A DNA stretch of 64,000 bases. It comes from an uncultured Candidatus Poseidoniales archaeon. Its GTDB lineage: Archaea; Thermoplasmatota; Poseidoniia; Poseidoniales; Poseidoniaceae. Below the pieces are notes generated by a model. It was not told the DNA's origin. It ran no database searches and saw only the letters and a program-made list of their open reading frames with translations. This document shows positions 29,111 to 37,709 of this stretch, piece after piece (positions within the stretch are counted from its first letter, which is position 1; every line of letters begins with the position of its first letter). Both the position numbers and the translations under genes were made by a program. Where the stretch lies: assembly GCA_964015875.1 (NCBI GenBank), contig CAXHEV010000003.1, forward strand, positions 22,947 through 86,946, read 5' to 3'.

Positions 29111-29638
29111 ATGGGTTTGGAATCTTCTGCAATTGCTACCGCCATACAGGCGGTACGAGCCCTGGTCACTGTGTATGACGGCTATGAGAAAGGTCGATTC
29201 ATGAAATCTGATGAAGCGGTTCGATCTGAAATTCAGCGGCGTTGTGAGATGCTTATTCGCCACGCTGAGAAACTTGAGCAAGATGCTCACCGGCGAAATC
29301 ATCGAAATTCAAGAATGGCCTGCGCTCAAGTCATTGAGAATCTTGAATCATACAACAGAGAAGCGCAATTTTCGACTTCTGCAAACCATATTTCAAAACA
29401 TAAAGGAATTGGTAAACTCAAATCTTCATCTGTTCGTAAATTAGTCGACCACGACAGCAAGAGCTTGCAATCACTGGTCGAGGCCACACGCAAAGCCAAC
29501 GAGGTGGCAGAGTCATTGTCCGACCTGCCTGAACAAGAGGGGTTGGCACTCATATCTCAGTTTGAACAAAAAATCAACAGAGCAAGAAACCATTTCCTTG
29601 AACGAAACATGTTCATTGACGGACTCACAACGAGATGA
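29111..29638 (+). CDS. Hypothetical all-helical protein
   Basis: Charged helical ORF ending 4 nt before the SPFH-like gene; start 29105 or 29111. Confidence 0.7.
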   Translation: MGLESSAIATAIQAVRALVTVYDGYEKGRFMKSDEAVRSEIQRRCEMLIRHAEKLEQDAHRRNHRNSRMACAQVIENLESYNREAQFSTSANHISKHKGIGKLKSSSVRKLVDHDSKSLQSLVEATRKANEVAESLSDLPEQEGLALISQFEQKINRARNHFLERNMFIDGLTTR

Positions 29639-29642
29639 TACC

Positions 29643-30860
29643 ATGAGATTTAGATGGCGAGAACACCCAACAGTCGTAGCGCAATACCTCCTCGATACTA
29701 AAATTCCTGAACAAGCAGAAGTCACCCTCAAACCAAATGAGATCTGCGTAGTTCTCGAAAATGGTAAGGTCGTAGGTTCTGTCTCGCAACAACACATGGA
29801 AGTCAACCCTCAACTTGGTTTGTTCAGTAAATTCATCGGAAAGAAAAATCCAAATCGAGCATTTATGTTCTGTTTTACCGGCCCACACCAAGCAATGGTA
29901 CAGGTTCGTGGACAGTCAGACGCACAGGAAGAGATCAACTGCCTTGTCACCCTCAAGGTCGAAATCACACGTGAATCTGCACCTCGACTCGTCACGTTCC
30001 CTGCAAAGGGGACGCTCATGGTAACAGGTGGCCATATTGCAGAGACGATTCGTTCAGAGGTCCAAGCCGCAGTCATGACATTTGTCAAAGCAATGCCTGC
30101 GCCCCAGATGAAAAGTGTAACAACCCATGAGGACTTGGTTTTCCACCTTAAATCAGCACTGAAGGGAACACTCGATGCCCATGGACTCCACTTCCGAGGG
30201 GCACACATCACTTGGAGCGCAACTGTTGTCGAGCAACAACTTCAGCAACAGCAAGCTTTGGACCGATTAAGACTGGAGAAGCAAGATGTTTCTGAACGCC
30301 AGGAAATCGAAATGGAAGCTATGCTTGAATACGAACAGAAAAAGCATGAAATTCAAGCCAGAATGGCGCTCGTCGGCATCAATGGAACTGAAAAAGCCAA
30401 TCTGGAACTTGAACTACAACGGATTCAAAATGACGCAACGCTTTCCTTCGAGCAGTGGAAGAGTCAGAATCAAATTCGCTTGGCTGAATCACAAACCCAA
30501 CGGGATGAACAGATCAGAGACGCCCAAACTGGCCTTGAAGTATCCAAACTTGAGGCAGAGCAACAGCGCATCCGCCAAAGCGTAGATCGTGAAGCTCACG
30601 AGCACAAAACAAAGACAGCGATGGATATGTTTGAACAAGTTCAAGCTCGAAAGAAAGAGCGAATGCAACTCCAACGAGATCAGGAACAAGATCGCCTCGA
30701 CCAACACAACAAGGCATCACAATCCACAATTTCGGTTCTTGAGAATATTGCAGCATCCTCAGATGATCCACAAGTTCAGATGGAGGCGTTGAGGCAGTTG
30801 GCAGAAATACGCAAAGCTGACGTTCAAGGTCAAAAAGACGCCCATAAAGACGATTCGTGA
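29643..30860 (+). CDS. SPFH/band-7-like protein with long C-terminal coiled coil
   Basis: N-terminal VTLKPNEICVVLENGKVVG SPFH-like strand pattern; Q/E-rich heptad C-terminal half. Confidence 0.65.
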   Translation: MRFRWREHPTVVAQYLLDTKIPEQAEVTLKPNEICVVLENGKVVGSVSQQHMEVNPQLGLFSKFIGKKNPNRAFMFCFTGPHQAMVQVRGQSDAQEEINCLVTLKVEITRESAPRLVTFPAKGTLMVTGGHIAETIRSEVQAAVMTFVKAMPAPQMKSVTTHEDLVFHLKSALKGTLDAHGLHFRGAHITWSATVVEQQLQQQQALDRLRLEKQDVSERQEIEMEAMLEYEQKKHEIQARMALVGINGTEKANLELELQRIQNDATLSFEQWKSQNQIRLAESQTQRDEQIRDAQTGLEVSKLEAEQQRIRQSVDREAHEHKTKTAMDMFEQVQARKKERMQLQRDQEQDRLDQHNKASQSTISVLENIAASSDDPQVQMEALRQLAEIRKADVQGQKDAHKDDS

Positions 30861-30940
30861 ACAAGTGGCTCAAAACTTGAGCACTCATCGAAAGGATGAA
30901 TCCATCAAAAGTTCATTGAGTCGAACCATCTGGCAAGAGC

Positions 30941-31588
30941 ATGGTCCAACTGAGGCATGTCGAGGTTTCTCACCTCGGGACCACCCCTTACCTTGAAGCC
31001 ATGGAATTGATGAAAACCTTACAAGCCAAGCGAATCAATGATGAAATACCTGACACATTGCTCATCCTAGAACATCCAGAAATTGTTACGGTTGGTCCTA
31101 GAGCCCGCAACGATGGTATAGCCCCGCCTGAGGACTACGCGTCCCAAGCGGTGGATCGCGGAGGTGGACTTACCTGGCATGGACCGGGCCAAATTGTGGC
31201 CTATCCAATTTTCAAATGGAATTACGATGATGAAAAATCGGTTGCATTCATCATCGAAAAAATCGAAGCATGGGTTATTCGAGCGTTGGACAAGGTTGGA
31301 ATCCGTGGCGCACGCGATGAGCGAATGCAAGGCGTATGGGTCAAGGGAAGGAAGATCTGTAGCATTGGCCTTTCTTTTTTGAGATGGACATCGAGGCATG
31401 GCTTCACCATTAACCTCAACACACCAGAAGGCCGAGTTGAGGGGATTGCCGGTTGTGGGCTTGAACAAGCAACAACCACATCACTCTCTGTTCTTGGCTA
31501 TGACGTTTCAAATGAAGCAATGGTTTCTTCACTTCTCACAACAATGGGAGAAAGTCTTCAAAGAAGCCCGATAGAATCTGCTCTATAG
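30941..31588 (+). CDS. lipB: Lipoyl(octanoyl) transferase
   Basis: LEHP, DRGGGLTWHGPGQIVAYPI, KICSIG, HGFTIN, GCGL. Confidence 0.9.
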   Translation: MVQLRHVEVSHLGTTPYLEAMELMKTLQAKRINDEIPDTLLILEHPEIVTVGPRARNDGIAPPEDYASQAVDRGGGLTWHGPGQIVAYPIFKWNYDDEKSVAFIIEKIEAWVIRALDKVGIRGARDERMQGVWVKGRKICSIGLSFLRWTSRHGFTINLNTPEGRVEGIAGCGLEQATTTSLSVLGYDVSNEAMVSSLLTTMGESLQRSPIESAL

Positions 31589-31659
31589 AGGAATTGAATA
31601 TGCCCATGTGGCTTCATTTGGAAACAAGTGCCTAAAAGGCAGAACCCTGCCATGCAAAC

Positions 31660-32232
31660 ATGGGCGAAATCGTTGTTGGTATATCTGGAGCCTCCGGCGC
31701 CATCTATGGCAAACGCCTCGTTGAGATTCTTACCTCGAGGGACATCCCTGTCCGACTCGTGGTCACAAAAGCTGGGGAAATCACACTCAAGCACGAGTGT
31801 GACACGACCAAAGAAGCGTTGGCTGAAGCGACTGGTGCCCTGCTTGAAGACGACAAAAATATTGGAGCAAAATCAGCGTCTGGCTCTGCGAACATCGACG
31901 CTGTGGTCCTCTGTCCTTGCTCGGGGACTACCCTCGGCAAACTTGGCGCTGGCATCGGTGACAACCTCATAACAAGGTCTGCCATCGTCGCTTTGAAAGA
32001 ACGCAGAAAACTCATTTTGGTCCCTCGCGAGGCACCATACGCAACCATCCATTTGGAAAACATGCACAAATTGTCGCAATGGGGTGCGATTGTAATCCCT
32101 GCTTCACCTGGTTTCTACAACCATCCAAAATCCATTGATGACATGGTCGATTTTGTTCTCGCTCGAATCCTTGATCATATCGGACTTGACCACAACGTTG
32201 GGACCCGTTGGACGGGTGAAGAAATCCCCTGA
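31660..32232 (+). CDS. ubiX: Flavin prenyltransferase
   Basis: GISGASG, ASGS, PCS..TL, NLITR, LKERR, PRE, PGFY. Confidence 0.92.
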   Translation: MGEIVVGISGASGAIYGKRLVEILTSRDIPVRLVVTKAGEITLKHECDTTKEALAEATGALLEDDKNIGAKSASGSANIDAVVLCPCSGTTLGKLGAGIGDNLITRSAIVALKERRKLILVPREAPYATIHLENMHKLSQWGAIVIPASPGFYNHPKSIDDMVDFVLARILDHIGLDHNVGTRWTGEEIP

Positions 32233-32278
32233 ACAAAGAACCGCCGAGTTCTTCAATGAGCGCCAGTATGCCTCAAGC

Positions 32279-34072
32279 ATGGACGAGGCGAGTCTGTCTA
32301 CCAAAACTGTCGCTGACCTGAAGGCCATGCTTTCAGAACAGGGCCTTGCAGTAAGTGGAAGAAAATCTGAACTCATCCATCGTCTCCTTGCAAACGAAAA
32401 GGAGAATCCTTTGGATGCTGTCATCATAAGTCCAGTACAATCCACGATGGCTCTTGAAGACGATCCAATAGAATACGAGCCACGATTGAACTTCAAAGCG
32501 AGGATGCAACAACAGGTCTACGGCCCGATTAACATGGGCGCTGCGATTGCGATTGGCTTGGCCGTTCTCATGGTATCTGCTGTACTCGTGGTCCAACCTG
32601 CATGGCTTGGATTCGGTGAAGATTACGAGTACGAGTTGATTGAATTTGATGCCGCTCAGACCCAAAGATTTGCTCAGAACCTCGTTGATTTGGGCCATCC
32701 TGAGTGGGAAGGGAGAATGAGCGGCACCCAGGAAGAAGCGAATGCTGCGCAATACATTATCTCTGAATTTGCCGCCATGGGTATGCAAACCCAACTCAAT
32801 AGTTACGAGGTCCCAATGCACACTGTCAACAGCGAACCAAGCCTCAGGCTGTGTGTTCAAGGTAACATCGGAGGACTCATCCAATCGCCATGCGAGGGCC
32901 CCGGCTCGGGCGGTTCTGATGTTACAGAATTCCAACACCGAGTGGATTACGTGATCCAAGGTTTCTCCGGTCAGTCAGAATACACCTTCCAGGAAAATGT
33001 CCAACTTACTGACTTGGGCAATGGCAGTGACGATGGATTGTGGAATTCCGCCTCAGGAACCATCGGCTATCTGAGGAGCGATGGTTCAAAAATCAGCAAC
33101 ACAGTGATCTTCTCAAAAGCAGCGGAAAACAATCTTGCAGGACTTATTCGAGTCAATAAAGATCACAATTGTGGTTTGATTGAGGGCAATGACTGCGTAC
33201 CGATATTCAAAGGAAGTTCGATTGACGACGTCACCGCTGCAAACGGTGGAACAATTCCGACTGACTTGCCTTTCATCGCTATGTCGAAAGACGCCGGCGA
33301 AATCCTAGAGGCTGCAGTGTTCAACGCCACGGGGACTCAAGGTGTTCTTGAGATGATCATCGATGTGACCAACGATCAAGAACAGACCATCTACGTCCCA
33401 TGTGGCATCATCAACGGTCAATCCGAGGAGGTGGTCATTATCGGCGCACACCACGACACGGTCTATCAAGGACAAGGAGCTGTTGACGATTCCTCGGGTA
33501 CGGCAAGCGTCATGGAAATAGGCCGACAACTAAGTGAAGTTGTGAATCAATCTGGAACTCCAGAGCGTACCATTCATTTTTGCACATGGGGTGGAGAAGA
33601 GGAAGGTCTCTACGGTAGCAGAGCCTATGTTGCAGCGAATCAAAACTTTTTGAGAGATAACCTTCGACTGTACATCAACCTCGATATGAACCACGTCGAT
33701 GCTGATGCAAATCGAGGAAACTCTGTTTCGTTATTCACCAATAACCGCGATGATTACGGACATATAGAGCGAATCAAAGAACTGTATGAATCAGCCTACC
33801 CCGATATGGCAGAGCGCTATGACATCCGAATGTCCCTGCTTGATGGAGATCGAGGCGACGCCGATGGCATGCCGTACAACTCCGACCATGGACCCTTTGT
33901 TTACGACCTTGGTGACAAGACCGGTCGTGCAGCAGCCTGCTACGGAAGCGGTAGTTGGGAGTACCACACCTACCTTGACACCATGGATCGCTTCAACTCT
34001 GAATCACTTGAGGTCTCAGTGATTATTTACGGGACCTATGTTCGCATGCTTGCCTACAACGCCAATGCTTGA
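32279..34072 (+). CDS. SAP domain-TM-M28 metallopeptidase with PA-like insert
   Basis: SAP: TVADLKAMLSEQGLAVSGRKSELIHRL; TM AAIAIGLAVLMVSAVLVV; M28 ligands AHHD, GAVDD, GEEEGL, NLD, SDH, YHT. Confidence 0.85.
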   Translation: MDEASLSTKTVADLKAMLSEQGLAVSGRKSELIHRLLANEKENPLDAVIISPVQSTMALEDDPIEYEPRLNFKARMQQQVYGPINMGAAIAIGLAVLMVSAVLVVQPAWLGFGEDYEYELIEFDAAQTQRFAQNLVDLGHPEWEGRMSGTQEEANAAQYIISEFAAMGMQTQLNSYEVPMHTVNSEPSLRLCVQGNIGGLIQSPCEGPGSGGSDVTEFQHRVDYVIQGFSGQSEYTFQENVQLTDLGNGSDDGLWNSASGTIGYLRSDGSKISNTVIFSKAAENNLAGLIRVNKDHNCGLIEGNDCVPIFKGSSIDDVTAANGGTIPTDLPFIAMSKDAGEILEAAVFNATGTQGVLEMIIDVTNDQEQTIYVPCGIINGQSEEVVIIGAHHDTVYQGQGAVDDSSGTASVMEIGRQLSEVVNQSGTPERTIHFCTWGGEEEGLYGSRAYVAANQNFLRDNLRLYINLDMNHVDADANRGNSVSLFTNNRDDYGHIERIKELYESAYPDMAERYDIRMSLLDGDRGDADGMPYNSDHGPFVYDLGDKTGRAAACYGSGSWEYHTYLDTMDRFNSESLEVSVIIYGTYVRMLAYNANA

Positions 34073-34122
34073 ACAGAAGATAGGAGCGACGGCTTGAAAG
34101 CATGCAGTCCAGCCCACGAGGC

Positions 34123-34413
34123 ATGGTCGCACCAAGCGCATGGGCATCACACATCCTTGTTCCTTCGAAATCGGAAGCGATTCAATTGCGTCAGAAAATT
34201 TCGAAGTTGAAGGATTTTCAGAAAATGGCGAGAAAGAAAAGCACCTGTCCATCGAGCCAAAAAGGTGGTGACCTTGGTTGGTTTCGTAAGGGGCAAATGG
34301 TTCGCCCCTTCGAGGAAGTGGTGTGGAACAACGAGCTTGCCACCGTTTCTGACCCAGTCAAAACTCAATTTGGATACCATCTGATTTGGGTCCATGAACG
34401 AGATGAAGCATGA
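34123..34413 (+). CDS. ppiC: Parvulin-type peptidyl-prolyl isomerase (PpiC-like)
   Basis: ASHIL, CPS..KGGDLGWF..GQMV.PFE, KTQFGYHLI. Confidence 0.88.
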   Translation: MVAPSAWASHILVPSKSEAIQLRQKISKLKDFQKMARKKSTCPSSQKGGDLGWFRKGQMVRPFEEVVWNNELATVSDPVKTQFGYHLIWVHERDEA

Positions 34414-34784
34414 GGGATTTCATGACTGTTCGAGTTGGTTTGGAACGCTATACTGTGATGGCCAAACATGGCTACTATGAGTTTGAGCATGAAGAAAATC
34501 AACCCTTTGTGTTCACGGTGTGGGTCAGCCTTCTCAATGACGAGGTCGCAAATCAATTGGCGAGCACGGTCAATTACGCCGACATCCAAGTCGCCATCGA
34601 TGAGGTCATGCACAACAGTCCCGAACCTATCGCACTGCTGGAACAAATGGCAAGCCAAATCATTCAACGATTGAATGTAAACAAACTTGTGGCTACGATT
34701 CATGTTCGAATTGAAAAGCCAAATGCACCCTTGCCGCATCCAGGTGGTTTGCCAGTAATCGAGGTCGATTGGGCTCGCAACTAA
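34410..34784 (+). CDS. folB: Dihydroneopterin aldolase
   Basis: HG..EFE....Q.F, TVNY, LLE, EKP; ATGA overlap with ppiC. Confidence 0.85.
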   Translation: MRDFMTVRVGLERYTVMAKHGYYEFEHEENQPFVFTVWVSLLNDEVANQLASTVNYADIQVAIDEVMHNSPEPIALLEQMASQIIQRLNVNKLVATIHVRIEKPNAPLPHPGGLPVIEVDWARN

Positions 34785-34820
34785 CCGAGCCTTCAAACAC
34801 CGGCTAAGCAAACCACCATC

Positions 34821-35333
34821 ATGGCGGAGCAAATCCAACGGGTGTTTGTGCCATCTGCGGTTGAAGAGGGGGGCAATGCACTCTCACTGGGCTGCTTTAG
34901 TTCTGAGGAGACGGCATGGGGCGTTCTCCGGAGTTTCCTCAAGAAAAGCGATCAGATGCTTCTGGAATCAGCCAGTGTCGTCGTTTGGGACATTGATGTG
35001 ATTGGTGAGCATGGACTCACTGTGCTCGCTACACTTGAATGCAAAACCTGTCCTGTATGCAGTCGCAAGACATTTTGGGTGGACCTTGAGAACTTCTCTG
35101 CTCTTTGCCATGGAGAAGCATGTGCAGCTTGGGTTGAAGAAAGCACTCACGAGCCGGGAGTGATTGACTGTGGATGGCCGGCGATGAGATTCTTGAAACA
35201 AACCAAATCGATCGAAGAAGCGTTTACTGAATTGTTTGCAATTGGAGATCGAGTGAAAGCCGCTGGTATTACCGGAACGGGTGATGTGGATGCCTCAATA
35301 GCCATGCTTAGCGAGTTTGAAGACTCTACCTAA
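34821..35333 (+). CDS. Hypothetical protein with Zn-ribbon-like cysteines
   Basis: CPVC...CHGEAC; TTCAA 29 nt upstream of the start. Confidence 0.7.
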   Translation: MAEQIQRVFVPSAVEEGGNALSLGCFSSEETAWGVLRSFLKKSDQMLLESASVVVWDIDVIGEHGLTVLATLECKTCPVCSRKTFWVDLENFSALCHGEACAAWVEESTHEPGVIDCGWPAMRFLKQTKSIEEAFTELFAIGDRVKAAGITGTGDVDASIAMLSEFEDST

Positions 35334-35598
35334 GCAACAACGGTCCTATGAAGCTAAAGGCAAAGATGCCAAGGAACACAAACATCCAAATTCTCATTTG
35401 ACGTTGATTTTTCTCATCCCTTGCGTTTTTGTCAATGCAGGCTTGGTCTGAACAAACTCGTGGGTCAACTGACAATTTAATCGGTTTGAAGCAAACCCTG
35501 CAGTGCTTGTGAGGCTGAATCTTTCCGGAGGCAGAAGACACGACTTTGTTCGTCATTCTCTGCAGATTGCTTTTCACTTTACTTGCATCAACCATCAT
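35326..35598 (-). CDS. DUF2116-like Zn-ribbon membrane protein
   Basis: PHKHCRVC...CSDQAC followed by a C-terminal TM; SD AGGTGA. Confidence 0.8.
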   Translation of the reverse strand: MMVDASKVKSNLQRMTNKVVSSASGKIQPHKHCRVCFKPIKLSVDPRVCSDQACIDKNARDEKNQRQMRIWMFVFLGIFAFSFIGPLLLR

Positions 35599-35605
35599 TC
35601 ATCAC

Positions 35606-36313
35606 CTAAGGTAAAATCAGAGTTCCATCAAACGGTTTCCCGTCGAGAGCGTGTTCGAGCAGGGACAGGTCTCGACCGTCAAGAACGGCAAGACGTAGAT
35701 CTGCGGATTTCGCCCAACCTACCGCAACAGGGTCAATGACGGCAGAAGCACCCGGAGCCAATGGTGCACCAATCCCTGTAATTTCAGCCAATTCATCAAT
35801 TGACATTGTGGAAAAGGAAACGGCATCTTCGTTGTGTCTTGGATCCATATCGAAGACATGGCTGACATTGGTTGCAATGATACAATGACTAGCACCCGTG
35901 TCACGAGCGAGAGCCACTGCGACCGCGTCTGTGGTGTGGCCTGGCGTCGTACCGCCCATGATAACGATGTGATGGACATCCATAAGTGACGCTGCGTCAC
36001 TGGTTGTGGTTGGAATAATTGGAGCAACATCGCATCCAATGTCAAGAAGGATTTGTTGGATGACTGTCGCATTGAGACGGGTTGCTGCGATGCCAACTTC
36101 ATCCAAACGATGGGTGTCACTGACAAGGGCCCGAGCCAAAGTGATGCCTTCGCGTGCTGGTAGACCTCCACCGACAACCAACGCAAGCCGACGACCATTT
36201 CCCTCCATGTGGACCGCAAGTTGTCGCAAGCGACCAAACCACTCCGTTCGTTGCTCTGCTTCTTCAGGGCGCAGAAGGCTTCCTCCCAAAGCAACAACGT
36301 GACGAGTGGTCAT
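35606..36313 (-). CDS. pyrH: UMP kinase (archaeal type)
   Basis: LGGS, VVGGG, GIAATRLNA, GGTTPGHTTDAVA, TNV...DP. Confidence 0.92.
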   Translation of the reverse strand: MTTRHVVALGGSLLRPEEAEQRTEWFGRLRQLAVHMEGNGRRLALVVGGGLPAREGITLARALVSDTHRLDEVGIAATRLNATVIQQILLDIGCDVAPIIPTTTSDAASLMDVHHIVIMGGTTPGHTTDAVAVALARDTGASHCIIATNVSHVFDMDPRHNEDAVSFSTMSIDELAEITGIGAPLAPGASAVIDPVAVGWAKSADLRLAVLDGRDLSLLEHALDGKPFDGTLILP

Positions 36314-36452
36314 CGCTCCTTCGTTGCGCGCACATGCTTTGAGTATATCCCATGAACCAAGTCAGAAACCCCCAACCTTCCCTTGTTCACACAACCCCAT
36401 CACACGAGAGTTGAAGACCCCTCAACCACGCCCTTGGAGCGGAGGCCAAGCG

Positions 36453-37700
36453 ATGTCTGACGATGCAACTCTCGCCACGCGCCGCCTCAGATTGAAACTT
36501 GCACTCGAAGACTTGAGAGAAATGAAAGGCTTTGGCACGGAATTGGTCACCTTAATCATCCCACCAGACCGCCATATCTCAGATGCCCGTTCTTTGCTTC
36601 AAAATGAACACGGCCAAGCCGCTAACATCAAGTCAAAAGGAACACGGAAAAATGTCCAAGGGGCTATCGAGTCGGCCATTTCTACGCTTTCACGCTACAA
36701 GAATCCTGGAGAAAATGGATTGGCCATCTTTGTTGGTTCGATCATTATTGGTAACAACAAGAACAGAATGGTTAACGTGGTTGTCGAAGAGCCTCCACAA
36801 CCCCTCATGTCGTTCAGATACCGGTGTGACTCCGTCTTTGAACTGACGCAACTTGAAGATATGTTGGTCGATAAAAAATCCTACGGCTTATTTGTTATTG
36901 ACCGAAGCGAAGCAGCCTTTGGCATTGCTTCTGGAAAGCGAATTCACGTTCAAGAGCACCTTGTCTCCAACATCATGGGCAAGCACCGCCAAGGTGGTCA
37001 ATCAGCCCAGCGTTTCGAGCGACTTATCGAAGAGGCTGCACACAATTTCTTCAAGCGTGCGACAGAACATGCATGCAATTATTGGCTTCCGAACCTCGAT
37101 AATATTCAGGCGATCATCGTTGGTGGACCTGGTGCAACAAAGGATTTCGTGGTCAAAAACGAGTACTTCCACCACGAAGTAGGCAAGAAAATAGCAAAAA
37201 CACACTTTGACGTTGGTTATTCGAACGAGAGTGGTGTTCGCGAGCTTGTCGAAAATGCAGGTGCGTTGATGGGAGAGATCGAGCTTGATGCTGAGCGTCA
37301 AGTGATGAATTCATTCCTTTCCGAGCTCATTAAAGCAGCACCTCGCGCAACCTATGGTGAGGTCATGGTGCGAGATGCGCTCGGGCGTGGTGCGATTGAT
37401 AAATTATTGATTTCAGAAGGCCTGAGAAAGAATACCATCTCGCTTCAATGCGGCTCCTGCAAGCATGAGTGGAGTGCCACTGTGGGTCGAATGGAAGCGT
37501 TGCCGAGTTGCCCAGCGTGCGATGCATCTGGAGACAATGCCAAGGAATTGCAAAGTGTGTCACTGATCGAGGAACTTGGTAAAATGGCCGAGCGAAGTAA
37601 CACTGAAATCATCTATATTTCAGTCGATACCGAAGAAGGTTCTCAACTTCTCAATGGCTTTGGTGGATTAGCTGCTTTGTGCCGATACCCTATGATGTGA
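36453..37700 (+). CDS. prf1: Peptide chain release factor aRF1
   Basis: NIKS, YRCD, GGQS, FGGLAAL; SD GGAGG. Confidence 0.96.
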   Translation: MSDDATLATRRLRLKLALEDLREMKGFGTELVTLIIPPDRHISDARSLLQNEHGQAANIKSKGTRKNVQGAIESAISTLSRYKNPGENGLAIFVGSIIIGNNKNRMVNVVVEEPPQPLMSFRYRCDSVFELTQLEDMLVDKKSYGLFVIDRSEAAFGIASGKRIHVQEHLVSNIMGKHRQGGQSAQRFERLIEEAAHNFFKRATEHACNYWLPNLDNIQAIIVGGPGATKDFVVKNEYFHHEVGKKIAKTHFDVGYSNESGVRELVENAGALMGEIELDAERQVMNSFLSELIKAAPRATYGEVMVRDALGRGAIDKLLISEGLRKNTISLQCGSCKHEWSATVGRMEALPSCPACDASGDNAKELQSVSLIEELGKMAERSNTEIIYISVDTEEGSQLLNGFGGLAALCRYPMM

Positions 37701-37709
37701 GGTAATAGA

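Noticed and set aside
37440..37525. CxxC...CxxC insert in aRF1
   Set aside because: A Zn-ribbon mini-domain is a known feature of many archaeal aRF1 proteins
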